From Felis catus (lineage: Eukaryota), in NCBI RefSeq assembly GCF_018350175.1, contig NC_058368.1, forward strand, positions 21,764,001 through 21,828,000: a stretch of DNA of 64,000 nucleotides, read 5' to 3'. The notes below the pieces were generated by a model. That model did no database searches, was not told the DNA's origin, and worked only from the letters and a program-made list of their open reading frames with translations. Below are positions 28,975-41,383 of this stretch, piece after piece; positions within the stretch are counted from its first letter, which is position 1; the number at the start of each line of letters is the position of its first letter. A program made the position numbers and the translations under genes.

Positions 28975-29615
28975 TTCTTTCTTTTTCTTTTTTTTTTTCA
29001 GTATATGAAATTTATTGTCAAATTGGTTTCCATACAACACCCAGTGCTCATCCCAAAAGGTGCCCTCCTCAATACCCATCACCCACCCTCCCCTCCCTCC
29101 CACCCCTCATCAACCCTCAGTTTGTTCTCAGTTTTTAAGAGTCTCTTATGCTTTGGCTCTCTCCCACTCTAACCTCTTTTTTTTTTTTCCTTCCCCTCCC
29201 CCATGGCTTTCTGTTAAGTTTCTCAGGATCCACATAAGAGTGAAACCATATGGTATCTGTCTTTCTCTGTATGGCTTATTTCACTTAGCATCACACTCTC
29301 CAGTTCCATCCACGTTGCTACAAAGGGCCATATTTCATTCTTTCTCATTGCCACGTAGTACTTCATTGTGTATATAAACCACAATTTCTTTATCCATTCA
29401 TCAGTTGATGGACATTTAGGCTTTTTCCACAATTTGGCTATTGTTGAGAGTGCTGCTATAAACATTGGGGTACAAATGCCCCTATGCATCAGTACTCCTG
29501 TATCCCTTGGGTAAATTCCTAGCAGTGCTACTGCTGGGTCATAGGGTAGGTCTATTTTTAATTTTTTGAGGAACCTCCACACTGTTTTCCAGAGTGGCTG
29601 CACCAATTTGCATTC
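28975..29615 (-). mobile_element. Young felid L1 (L1_Fc-like) 3' fragment
   Basis: Uninterrupted ORF2 C-terminal frame ([27 protein letters not shown]...), 3'UTR, T-rich tail, TSD-like TTGGGATTT. Confidence 0.95.
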
Positions 29616-29744
29616 TGTTTGGGATTTCCTTAAACCCATACATTAATTTGAGATTAAGTGATGTCTTTACAATACTGAGTCTCTTCTAAGAACTAAGTGT
29701 ATCTCAATTTATTTAAATCTTTGGTTACAGTCTCTTAAAATTCT

Positions 29745-30135
29745 TTTTTTTTTTTTTATTTTAGAGAGAGCACGATCAGGGGAGGGACAGAGAGAGAGAG
29801 GGAGGGAGAGAGAATCCCAAGCAGACTTCATGCTCTCTGAGGAGCCCCCACATGGGTCTTGATCTCATGATCCTGGGATCATGACCTGAGCCGAAATCAA
29901 GAGTCAGATGCTCAACCAACTGAGGCACCCCATCTTTAAATTTGCTTCTAGGGGTTTCTGGGTACCTCATTCAGTTAAGCGTCTGACTTCAGTACAGGTC
30001 ATGATTTCATGGTTTGTAAGATTGAGCCCCGCATTGGGCTCTTCACTAACGGTGTGGAGCCTGCTTGGGATTCTCTCCCTCTCCCTCTCTCTCTGTCCAT
30101 CCCCCACTTGCTCTCTCTCAAATAAACTTAAAAAA
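29745..30135. mobile_element. Head-to-head CanSINEs (~29745-29931 minus, ~29951-30135 plus)
   Basis: SINEC motifs ~20 bp apart. Confidence 0.88.
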
Positions 30136-30279
30136 TTATTTCTAAGTATTCTTAGAGTTTTATTGCTACCATGAGATATTTTTCCTTTGTATTTTAACTG
30201 ATTATTGCTATAAGTGAAAACTATTGAGTTATATCTATATATAGTAACCAGCCACTTTTCTAAATTCTTGTTCTCCCCA

Positions 30280-31118
30280 TTCCAGCTTTATTGAGTGATA
30301 ATTTGCACACAATAAAACCCACCCATTAGGAGTACAGTTTGATGAGTTTAGTGAGTGTGCAGAGCTATGTGAGCACCATTACAGTCACCATATAGAACAT
30401 TTCTGTCACTTTTTACAGAGGTTTCTCCCATCCCTTTGCAGATGTTCCCCGCCCCGACCTCTGGCACCAGGAAACATCGATCTGCTTTCCTGGCATTAAC
30501 GTTTTACTCTTTCTAGAATTTCCTATAAATGAAATCATACAATAGGTAGTCTTTTATTTAGCTTAAGCTACTGAATATTGTCCCACTACATGGATATATC
30601 CCAATTTATGTATCTATTTACCAGTTAATGAAAAATGGTGCTGTTTCTAGTTTTAAATTTTTTTTAAGTTTACTTATTTATTTTGAGAGAGAGAGAGAGA
30701 GAGAGCATGAACCGAGGAAGGGCAGAGACAGAGGGGGAGAGCAAGAATCCCAAGGAGGCTCTGCACTATCAATGCAAAGCCACCATCAACGCAGAGCCCA
30801 ACGTGGGGCTCAAACTCACAAACCGCGTGATCATGACCTAAGCTGAAACCAAGAGTTGGATGCTTAACCAATGAGCCACCCAGGCGCCCCTAGGCGCTGT
30901 TTCCAGTTTTAGACTTTTATAAATAATGCTGCTATGAGTGTCTGTGTACAAGTCTTTGTGTGGGCATGTGTTTTCATTTCTCCTGGGTAAATGCCTGGGA
31001 GTGTGATTCTTTAACCAGAGTAGCAACTGCCAAACATTTTCCAAAGGGCTCTACGATGTCCATTCCCACCAGCAATGTTTCATTGTTCTAATTGGTCCAC
31101 ATCCTCACCAGCATTTGG
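30280..31118 (-). mobile_element. Old L1M 3' fragment with an inserted CanSINE (~30655-30890, minus)
   Basis: L1M 3'UTR motifs; SINE TSD-like GCTGTTTC(T/C)AGTTTTA. Confidence 0.75.
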
Positions 31119-31481
31119 TGTCTTAGTCTGCTGCAGCTGTTGCAACAAAAATATCATAGACTGGTGGCTTACAGAACAGACGTTTATTTCTCATGTTTGA
31201 GACGCTTGAAAGTTCGAGATCATGCTGCTACCATGGTCGGGTTCTAGTGAGACACTTCTTGGCTTGCAGATGGTTGCCTGTTGCTGAGTCCTCACATGGC
31301 TCAGACAGAGCCTTTGTCTCTCTTCCTCTTCTTATGAGGATGCTAATCCCATCATGGGGCTCTACCCTCATGACCTCATTTAAACTCAATCATCTCTACA
31401 GGCCCCACCCCTAAATACCATCACATTGGGGGTTAGGGCTTCAGCAAATATATTTGAGGAGACACATTTGGTACATAACAC
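31119..31481. mobile_element. MLT1A-like solo LTR
   Basis: TGTCTTAGTC...CATAACA ends; GGTGGCTTA and CACATTGGGGGTTAGGGCTTCA motifs. Confidence 0.8.
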
Positions 31482-33478
31482 TTGGTATTGTTAATAATAT
31501 AGAGAGATCCCATGTGCACTTTATCCAGTTTCTCTAATGATAACACCTTGCAAAATTACAGTATCACAATGAGGATGTTGACAGGGACACAATCGGAAGG
31601 AAGAACAAGGAGCACATGCTCAGACATTTATGGAATTACAAATGTCAGCAACCCCCAAGCTCATCACCCCCAGGTTCTCCTATGATTGGTCCAGCAATCA
31701 GTGGCTCCCCTTCACTCGTACCCTGTGTTTGAGCGGCCGCTGCCATCACGGCAGCCCTGATCCCGTGGGGCTGAGGAAACTCCATGCCCCAAACCCAACC
31801 TGCTGGCAATGGCCAAGACCCAAGAGAATTGCCTTACACCTCACAGTCCATCTTGAGGAAGCTTAGTGATAGCAGCCAAGGGCTCCAACAAGGAGGTGGC
31901 ATCAAAGGTTTGATAGCCCCATACGCTCCCACACCAGAAGAGCTGTGGCCGTTTAAATGCTTTGCACAGCCTAGCTGAGTGGGTGGGCACCTTCTCAAAA
32001 GAGGGAGCCAGAGGCAGGATGCACATGACTCTCCTTCCCAATGCAGAGAGCTGCTCTGGAGCTGTAGGCACCTCTCCACGTTCTCACTGGGCCACCCCCT
32101 CACCCTGCCACCTTTTGTCCCCCGTGGTGGAGTGACCAACAGTCCCCGTTTCCCAGGGACTGAAGGTGTTCCTGAGATGGGGGGGGGGGTCACCCTACCT
32201 GCTGTCTCTTTCACTTTTGACCTCCAAACCTTTCCTGTGTCTCCTTGTCTTCCTGTTCTAGCTTTTGTCCTGCCTTCTCCCTCCAGAAAATCTGACTCCA
32301 GAAAGTCTTCTGTCATCTACCCAAAACTGCCAAGGGTAAAGAAATAGTGATTTGAAGATATCTAACAGCATTGTTTGTATTTAAACTGAGGCAGAACAGC
32401 TTTTTTTTTTTTTTTTTAATAATACAAAAAGAAGGGAATTAGAAGAAAGAAGAAAGCTGGTTTATCCCAAGTCTTGGGATGATTAGTTCCTTGTGGGAAA
32501 AGGGCTTTTTACATATTCTGGGTATGTGCGCGCAAACACACACACACATGCACACATGCACACATGCACACACACACACACCCCTCTGAGAGAAACCCTT
32601 GAGGCAGATTTCATCACTATTTTCTGGTTATCATTATATTCAGTATTGCCCCAACTCTTTGTGAGCTCTCTATCATGATGGACCACAGGCTATTTCTGGA
32701 GGGGTGTCAGGGAGTTACTGCCTCTCTTGCAGAAGCTGTGAGTCCCTTGGGGACAAAGACTATTACTTTCCCACCTTTGCATCTTCAAAGATGCACTGCC
32801 TGGCTGCATAGTTCATTTGCAAAACTGATTTCATCCCAAAGACCTCAAGATGTTTTATGACCATCAGCTCCATTAGCCAAATGAAAAGCAAGTTGGCTAG
32901 AGTGATGCTTTCCACTGGAGAATTTGTTTCTGCCCTTCCAAAATCACGGCCCCAAATCACAACCACTTTGTGGAAGAGATTCAGAGAAGCTTTTGTGTTA
33001 TTCGAGATTTTACTTGCATGGTATACCTGTTAGTGAAGCTCTTTGGGCCAAGAACCTCTGCGTTTATTTACTCAAGCTAGTTCAAGTGATGGATGGGCAT
33101 ACAGGGCAACTCATGGAAATGCAGCAGAAACTGAGACGTAGCTGGGCCACTGGAGGTTGGTTCTGATTCACAGGCAGCTCTGCGTTAAGGTAACTTAACT
33201 GCCTCATGGCTCCCCTCTAGGTTTGCTTCTCTTTCTGTTACTTGCTGGCTTTCTCGCCCTTTACTCTTTTTGTGTATCCCCATAGCATCTACTCACATGC
33301 ATGTATTTTTGGTTGAATTGTGTCCTCCCCTCAACAGAACATGTTGGAGTCCTAACCCTCAGTACATCAGAATGTGGCCCTACTTAGAGATGAGGTCTTT
33401 ACACAGGTAGTTAAATGAGGCCATTAAGGGTGGGCCTTCATCCAGTATGACTGGTGTCCTTTTAAAAAGGGAAATTGA

Positions 33479-33856
33479 ATACTACATGGCAATGAGAAAA
33501 AATGAAATATGGCCTTTTGTAGCAACGTGGATGGAACTGGAGAGTGTGATGCTAAGTGAAATAAGCCATACAGAGAAAGACAGATACCATATGGTTTCAC
33601 TCTCATGTGGATCCTGAGAAACTTAACAGGAACCCATGGGGGAGGGGAAGGAAAAAAAAAAAGAGGTTAGAGTGGGAGAGAGCCAAAGCATAAGAGACTG
33701 TTAAAAACTGAGAACAAACTGAGGGTTGATGGGGGGTGGGAGGGAGGAGAGGGTGGGTGATGAGTATTGAAGAGGGCACCTTTTGGGATGAGCACTGGGT
33801 GTTGTATGGAAACCAATTTGACAATAAATTTCATATATAAAATAAAAAAAAAAAAA
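33479..33856 (+). mobile_element. Young felid L1 3' fragment
   Basis: L1 3'UTR with poly(A); TSD AAAAAGGGAAATTGA. Confidence 0.95.
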
Positions 33857-33866
33857 GGGAAATTGA

Positions 33867-34080
33867 GGGGCACCTGGGTGACTCAGTCAGTTGAGTGTCA
33901 GACCTTTGATTTTGGCTCCAGTCATGATCTCACAGTTCATGGGTTCGAGCCCCACATCAGGCTCTGCTCTGACACCTTGGGGCCTGTTTGGGATTCTCTT
34001 CTGCACCTCCCCCTCTCTTGCACGTGTGCACTTGCATTCTCTCTCTCAAAATAAATAAATAAACTTAAAAAAAAGAAACA
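33867..34080 (+). mobile_element. CanSINE
   Basis: SINEC head, CT tract, A tail. Confidence 0.9.
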
Positions 34081-35366
34081 AAAAGGGGAAATCAGGACCC
34101 AGAGACACAAACATGTTCCATGTAAAGATGAAGGCAAAGATCAGGGTGATGCTTCTACAAGCCACAGAACACCAAGGATTGCAGGCAAACCCCTAGCATC
34201 TTGGAGAAGTTCTGGAATGGGAAGTTCTGGAATACGCTCTCCCTCAAAACCCTCAGAATGAACTAGCCATGCTGACACGTTGATCCTGGACATCTAGCTT
34301 CCAGAACTGTGAGATGGTAAGTATTGTTCTAAGCCGCACAGCTTGTGGTATTTTATTATAGCAGCCCTAGCAAATACTACACCTTCCTTACTCATCCATG
34401 CTTCCTTGTAACTTGAGTTTATTCATAATGTCAAGTTGTTGTCTGCCTCTCATGACCTCTCCTACATGTTTGCCTTCAGAATCAGTTTGGATTCACTCCC
34501 CTGTTTGTCAGTTTCTGTTTCAGAGAGTTAAGAATGTCATTGGCCCAGCCTGTCCCTGTTTGAATGTGGCTTTTTGGATAGGCCGCTTCGTAGGCCAGCA
34601 GCCAGCTTGTGAGTTGTCTGTTCTGGAGTCCTGTCATCCCTCCTTGTCCTCTGGCTCAGTCACCTCTAGCCAAAGCAGTGCCTGTCACTGTGTAAACCAC
34701 AATTTCCCACGGCTGTCCACTCTCTGGGGACTGGGGGGTACCCTGGGCATGGCATGCATCATGATGAGCACATCTAAAGAAATGCCCAGTACCATGTATG
34801 GAGAACAAGAAAGCCACCTCGGTCTAGGAAGGGGCTCAAAGGGCCAATAAGTCCCATATTCCCCTTGAAATAGGTATTTTACCAATAACCCAGACAGATA
34901 TAGGTTGAAAACTTTCAGCCAATACCAGCTTTCCAGAATTAAATAGCTCTGGTGATAAGAAAATTCTTCCTTATGGTGAGGTGAAATTAGTCTCCTTAGG
35001 ACTTCGCTTCATTGGTCCTAGTTCTGCCCTATGCAACCCAAAAGGAAGTAGAATCCCCTGTCTACACTGCAGCTCCCCCTAGTGTCAGTGCATTCCATCA
35101 TTTCTCCTGACCTGGTTCCCTGGCACTTTTCCGTCCTCATTACTCAACACTGTTCCAGAGGGATCTGACTGTTACTCAGGAAGCCTGGGTCCAGGAGGGA
35201 ATGTAGAAAGATTATGGGTTTAGGGGTCTAACAGATGCACTCTTGAATGCTGGCTCTACCATTTACCAGCTGTGAAATTCTGAACAGAACCTTTTCCCTA
35301 CCACAAATCCTTTCTGTAAGGAGGAAGGGGAAGAAGGAAAGAAATTTTCTGTCTGTGTTTCCTTAT

Positions 35367-35712
35367 TGTCTTCATATGTTTGGGCTGCTATGACAAAATA
35401 CCACCGATTGAGTGGCTTATAAACAAAAATTTATTTTTCTCAGTTCAGGAAGCTGGCAGTCCGAGATCAGGCTGCTGTCATGGCAGGTGAGGGCCCTCTC
35501 CCTGGTGTCTGGATGGTGCCTTCTTGCTGTGTCCTCTTGGTGGAAAGGCTAGGGATCTCACTGGAGCCTCTTTCATAGTCATGAATCGCATTCAGGAAGG
35601 CTCTACCCTCATGACCTGAGCAGCTCCCAAAGGCCCCACCTTCTAATATCATCATCTTTGGGAATTAGAATTTCCACACATGCATTTGGGTGGGACACAT
35701 TCACACCCTAGC
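35367..35712. mobile_element. MLT1A-like solo LTR
   Basis: GGGCTGCTATGACAAAATACCAC...GACACATTCACACCCTAGC. Confidence 0.75.
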
Positions 35713-35765
35713 GTTTACCTATAAAGTATGGAAATATTTTCTTCAAAGCATTGGCATGAGGCTTA

Positions 35766-35945
35766 AATAGAGCTTTGTAATGGGACAGTGTTTCTCAAAC
35801 TTGAATGTGCATAGGAATCACCCCAGGGATCTTTTCACAGTGCAGATTCTGATTCCATAAATCTAGGTCTGAAATTCTGCATTTCTAACAAGCTCTTGGG
35901 AGATGCCCAAGTTGGGATTCACGAGCCACATTTGAATTGCAAGGA
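35766..35945. mobile_element. MER5A-like hAT MITE
   Basis: CAGTGTTTCTCAAACTT...GAATCACC...CAGATTCTGATTC...CTGCATTTCTAACAAG. Confidence 0.8.
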
Positions 35946-36739
35946 TGTAGGACACTTGGCATGATGCCTGGCACTTAGCAGAGTTCAGCAAAGGTTGATT
36001 CCCTCTTCTTCTGTCCTTTTCGTGACCCCTCTCGCCATACTCTGTCCTAGGATTAACTTTTAATTTTCATCCTGTCCCTGTGTAATAAAGTAACAATGCA
36101 CTTGTCCAATTGAGATAAGCCTTGGAAAGTTTCCTTTCAAATCCTTAATCTGAGGAATAACTGTGTTGGCAGGGAAGGGCATATTCTTAAAAGATGTTTT
36201 CAAGTTCTAAATGAAACACTAAGCTGCCGCGATGTGGGCACAATAGAACTTTCGCGGGTTCTGAAAAGGCCAGCGCTGACCTCCGTTAATACCAGGCGGC
36301 AGTGCGTCTGCACCGGCAGGTTCCATCAAACAGAAGTCATCGTGTCATTAAGGGGACGACAGCTGGGCAGCATAGATTTATGAAGTCACCAAAGCCTTGT
36401 CATCCAGGTCCATAGGAGGCTGAGCAGCTGATCCTTCCAGAAACAATGATGGGTGCTGTTGCCGTGACATGGAAAAATCAAGTCTGATTAGGCTGAGATT
36501 TTGTGAATCTGAATAGGAAATGCTAATAAATTTTGACAGGATTTACACAGTGATTCTATTCTGTTCCACTCTAGTCTCCCACCCTTAATAATGAATGTTG
36601 TTCTGTTTTCTCTGGCTCTTCAAACAAGCTAAAAACAAAAAGCTTGCAAATACATTAGAATATGGATTTAGCCTTTACAAATACTAGTACAAATTACAAA
36701 AAAAGAAAGAAAGAAATTTAGATTCTTTTTCTTTCTTAT

Positions 36740-37173
36740 TTTTTTTTTTAATTTTTTTTTTCAACGTTTATTTATTTTTGGGACAGAGAGAGACAGAACA
36801 TGAACGGGGGAGGGGCAGAGAGAGAGGGAGACACAGAATCGGAAACAGGCTCCAGGCTCTGAGCCATCAGCCCAGAGCCTGACGCGGGGCTCGAACTCAC
36901 GGACCGCGAGATCGTGACCTGGCTGAAGTCAGACACTTAACCGATTGCGCCACCCAGGCGCCCCTATTTCTTTTTTTTTTAATGTTTATTTTGGGGAGAG
37001 AGAGAGAGCAAGCGCACTAGTGGGGGAAGGGCAGAGAGAGAGGGGGACAGAGGACCTGAAGTGGGCTCTGTGTTGACAGCAGCAAGCCCAATGTAGGACT
37101 CGAACTCCCGAACCAACCGTGAGATCATGACCTAAGTCAAAGTCAGAGGCACAACTAAGCCACCAGGTGCCCC
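36740..37173 (-). mobile_element. Two tandem antisense CanSINEs; the first (~36740-36964) is very young
   Basis: Reverse-complement SINEC_Fc-type sequence with CpGs intact. Confidence 0.92.
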
Positions 37174-37961
37174 TCTTTTTTTTTTTTTTTTATTTCTGTG
37201 AAGCCTTTTTCCCCCCACTAAATTTTCTTATAAAGGTTGAAATAGTGAATAGAGTATTTTCTCTAAAGTGGTCGTTGAATTACAGAGAGCAGTAACTTGC
37301 AGAGCCCAAACTTTTTTTGTTTTTATCTGAGCTTTGACTTGTAGTAGTTGTCTTAAAGCCTACAAAATACCGTGGTTATAATCACATGTCTGTAACACCT
37401 TAAATGAAGGTGTCACTGTCTGTGGTTACTTTTATTTGCCATGATACGTCTTAGCTTTTAAGTTGATTTTGTTAGCAGCACAATTAGATATATGGTTCCA
37501 ATCATGTTTTAGAGCATCTAATAGGAACTGTTGTATGTTTTGAAACCAGAAATCCTGATCCGCAGAACTTGAACACTTAAATAAACAAACATTGTGGAAT
37601 TTCCCTCATCACTATAGTTTCACTATAGTTGAAATTTTCAATTGTATGGTTGGAATTTTCACTATAGTTGAAAAATTAATAGCAGGAAGAAGATATTTTC
37701 AACATTTACTGCTTTATGATAACCTACACATGGAAAGGCTCCTGAACACTGCCATGAAACTCAGCAACGGTGTCTCAGGGGAATGAGATTGGGGGTCAGG
37801 AGGGAAAGAGTTGTACCGTTCACTTTATACCTTTTTATTTCTTTTTTTAAACTTTGATTATGTATCCCTTTAATAATATTTTTTAGTAATTAAAATAGTA
37901 AAGGTGCACCACCAGAAGAAATGTCAGAGAATTAGCATGTGATCCAGTAAGCCCACTTTTA

Positions 37962-38179
37962 AATTTTTTTTTTTTTCAACGTTTATTTATTTTTGGGACA
38001 GAGAGAGACAGAGCATGAACGGGGGAGGGGCAGAGAGAGAGGGAGACACAGAATCGGAAACAGGCTCCAGGCTCTGAGCCATCAGCCCAGAGCCTGACGC
38101 GGGGCTCAAACTCACGGACGGTGAGATCGTGACCTGGCTGAAGTCGGACGCTTAACCGACTGCGCCACCCAGGCGCCCC
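37962..38179 (-). mobile_element. Very young SINEC_Fc-type element with a 28-bp TSD
   Basis: AGCATGTGATCCAGTAAGCCCACTTTTA at 37934-37961 and 38180-38207. Confidence 0.95.
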
Positions 38180-38207
38180 AGCATGTGATCCAGTAAGCCC
38201 ACTTTTA

Positions 38208-38720
38208 CATAAATATCCAAAGAAATCGAAACCAGGGACTTAGATACGTGCACATAGCAGTATTATTCACCGTAGCCAAAAGGTGGAAGCACCCTAAATG
38301 TCCATCAGCAGATGAGCAGACCAACAAAATGTGGTGCATGCATACAATGGAATATTATTCAGCCTTAAAAAGACATGCAATTCTGGTACATGCCACAACA
38401 CAGGGAAGCTTGTGGACATTATGCCAAGTGAAATAAGGCAGTCACAAAAAGATAAAAATTGGGTGATTGCACTTATATGAGGTACTTAGAGAAAAAGTAG
38501 AGTGCAGGTTGCCAGGGGCCAGGGATAGCGGGAGAATGAGGAGTTATTCAGAGTTTTACAGAGTTACACAGAGTTTCAGTTTGGGAAGACTCAGTTATGG
38601 AGGGAGATAAATGGTGATGGTTGCACAAGAATGTGAATGTACTCAACACCACTGAATTGTATACTTAAAATGGTTAAAATGGTAAATTTTATGTCTATTT
38701 AACTACAGTAAAAAAAAAAA
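38208..38720 (+). mobile_element. Old L1 (L1MB-like) 3' end
   Basis: AVLFTVAKRWKHPKCPS ORF2 tail and AAATGGTTAAAATGGTAAATTTTATG 3'UTR motif. Confidence 0.85.
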
Positions 38721-39179
38721 AATTTTTTTTGTTTTATTTACATTCTTTTTAGGGGAAAGAAAGCCAGGCCTGGGTACTCAAGATCGAGGAGCTGTGCATG
38801 CTCAGGCCTGGAGGAGTAAAAACCAGCCTGAGGCCTTCTGAGAACACACGTATAAGTGCCCTCAGCCCTGGCAAGGGAGCCCAAGGGGAGGGCCGGGGGC
38901 TCATCACTGTTTGGCTACAGTGCTGGGCAGGGCAGAGTCTGGACCCACCAGGCCTCCCACGGCCTGCCCTTTGTACCCCTGGGCTGCCATCCCTATCCTT
39001 CCTTCCACCTCTAAGCCTGCCTGCCAAGGCGCAGCTCTAGGACTACCTCCTCCTGGAAGTCTTCCCTGATTGTCCCAACCATAGGCCCCCTCATCTTTTT
39101 CCAGTCTATATTGAATTAGAAGTTGGTGTTACTCAGCTAGATAAGCTCTCTGAGGGCAGGGCCCAGGATATTCTAAATT

Positions 39180-39210
<31 letters not shown>

Positions 39211-39299
39211 TAAAAAGTCCTGGCAAATGATTAAAAAATGTTATTCAATTAGTAATGTTATTCTTTCTTCCATGTCTCTTGTTCTACCTGTCTGATTTT

Positions 39300-40770
39300 T
39301 TTAATTAAATTTTTTTTGGCGGGGGGAGGTAATTGTAGATTCACATGTGATTATAAGAAATAATACAGAGAAAGCCCATGCACACTTGGCTTAGCTTTCC
39401 CCAGTGGTAACATTTTTCAAAACTATAGTGTAGGGGTACCTGGGTGGCTCAGTCGGTTAAGCATCTGCCTCTTGATTTCGACTCAGGTCATGATCTTGAG
39501 GTTCTTGAGATTGAGCCCTGCGTCCAGCTCTGCACTGACAGTGAAGAGCCTGCTTGGGATTCTCTCTCTCTTCTCTCTGCCCCTCCCCCCACTCCCTCTC
39601 TTTCAAAATAAATACACTTTAAAAAATGTTAAAAAAAAAAAACAATAACATGTATAATATCGGTCATTGACGTTGGTGCAGTCCACTCATTCAGATTTCC
39701 CTGGATCCACTGGCACATGTGTGTGTATTAAGTTCTGTATCATTTTATCAAGTGGTTAGGTTCAAGTGTCCACCACAACAGGATATCAAGCAGTTGCAAC
39801 ACCACAAGGATGCCTAGTGTTTTCCTTTTGTATCAACTATCAACTCCTCCCACCTCCTCCAGCCACTAACCCCTGGCAACCACTAATATGTCCTCCATTT
39901 CTAAAATTTATCATTCCAAAAAGCGTTATATAAATGGGGTGAAAGGGGCACCTGGGTGGCTCAGTCGGTTAAGCGTCCGACTCTTGGTTTCAGCTCAGGT
40001 CATGATCTCACAATTTGTGAGTCTGAGGCCCGCATCAGGCTCTGCCCTGGCAGTGCTGAGCTTGCTTGGGGTTCTCTGTCTCCCTCTCTCTCTCTCTGCC
40101 CTTCCCCCACTCTCACTGTCTCTGTCTCAAAATAAATAAATTTTTAATGGATGAATGAATGAATGAATGAATGAATGAATGAATGAATGAATGGAATCAG
40201 AGAGTATATAGTCTTTTGGAGTTGGCTTTCTTCGCTCAGCAAATCCCCTGGAGATCCATCCACGTTGTTGAGTGTATCAATAGTTGATTCCTTGTTACTG
40301 CTTGGGAGTGCTCCAGTATGAATGGACTGAGGTTTGTGTAACATTCACCTGTTGAAGGACATCCAGGGTTAAGCTATTACAGATAAAGCTGCTGTGGACA
40401 TTTGTGTGCTTGTTTTTGTGTGAACATAAGTTTTTGTTTTTCTGGGATAAGTGCCCAAGAAAGTTGTTGGGTCCTATAGTAACTGCGTACTTCATTTCAG
40501 AAGAAACTTCCAGACTCTGGTTTTCCAGAATGGTATCATTTTCATCCCACCAGAAATGTGATCCACATCCTTGTCAGTATTTGGTGTGGTCACTATTTTT
40601 TATTTTGCCATCCTGATAGGTGTGTAGTACTAATTTGTTGTGGTTTTAATCGGCATTTCCCTGTCCGCTAATGATGTGGAACATCTTTTCATGTGTTTGC
40701 TGTCTGTATATCCTCTTTGGGGAAATGTGTCTTCATTTCTTTTGCCCATTTTCTAAATGGATTGTTTGGG
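39300..40770 (-). mobile_element. Old L1M fragment with two inserted plus-strand SINEs (~39433-39640, ~39946-40140)
   Basis: L1M 3'UTR/ORF2 motifs; SINEC heads. Confidence 0.75.
40150..40192. repeat. (TGAA)n microsatellite
   Basis: Directly visible. Confidence 0.95.
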
Positions 40771-41061
40771 TGGTTGTGGTGGTTTAACTGTTACTCCCCT
40801 CCCCCCCTTTATTTCTTATTCTTTTAGTAAACATTTGTCAGCATGTACATCTATCAGGCATTTGGGATGCAGAGATAAAAGACAAAGACTTTTCCCTAAA
40901 GGAACTGACAGTTTTGAGGAAGAGATAAGCAAGCAGGTTTCTATGTAGGAGAGGCACCCACTTCCCACCAAGAGAATCAGGGAAGCCTGGCTGCCTGGAA
41001 GAGGCAGCATCCAATCAGCATGTGGAGGCATGAATATATTTTTTATACTTTACATATATTA

Positions 41062-41383
41062 CAGCTGACCCTTGAAGTCATGAGTTGTACTGCACAGGTC
41101 CACTTACATGTGGGTTGTTTTGATAAATATGGTACAATACTGTAAGTGTTTTTTCCTTATGGTTGTCTTAATAATTAATTTTCTCTGGCTCACTTTATTG
41201 TCAAAATATATAATACATATGGCATGCAAAATATGTGTTAATCAATTGTTTATGTTACCAGTAGGGCTTCCAGTCATCAGTAGGCTGTTGGTAGTTAAGT
41301 TTTTGGAGAGTTAAAAATTATATGTGGATTTTTGACTGCACAGGGATTGGTGCCCCTAACCTGTGTTGTTAAACAGTCAGCTG
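41062..41383. mobile_element. Tigger2-type MITE, second copy
   Basis: CAGCTGACCCTTGAA...CAGTCAGCTG TIRs; homologous to 7790-8123. Confidence 0.85.

Larger units (their letters stand above)
33302..34382. mobile_element. MLT1-like solo LTR interrupted by an L1 and a SINE
   Basis: TGAATTGTGTCCTCCC start; AGCTTCCAGAACTGTGAGA and GCAGCCCTAGCAAA...ACA end. Confidence 0.8.

Noticed and set aside
29223..29639. 138-aa minus-strand ORF
   Set aside because: Truncated L1 ORF2 with no promoter, ORF1 or RT domain; not an active element.
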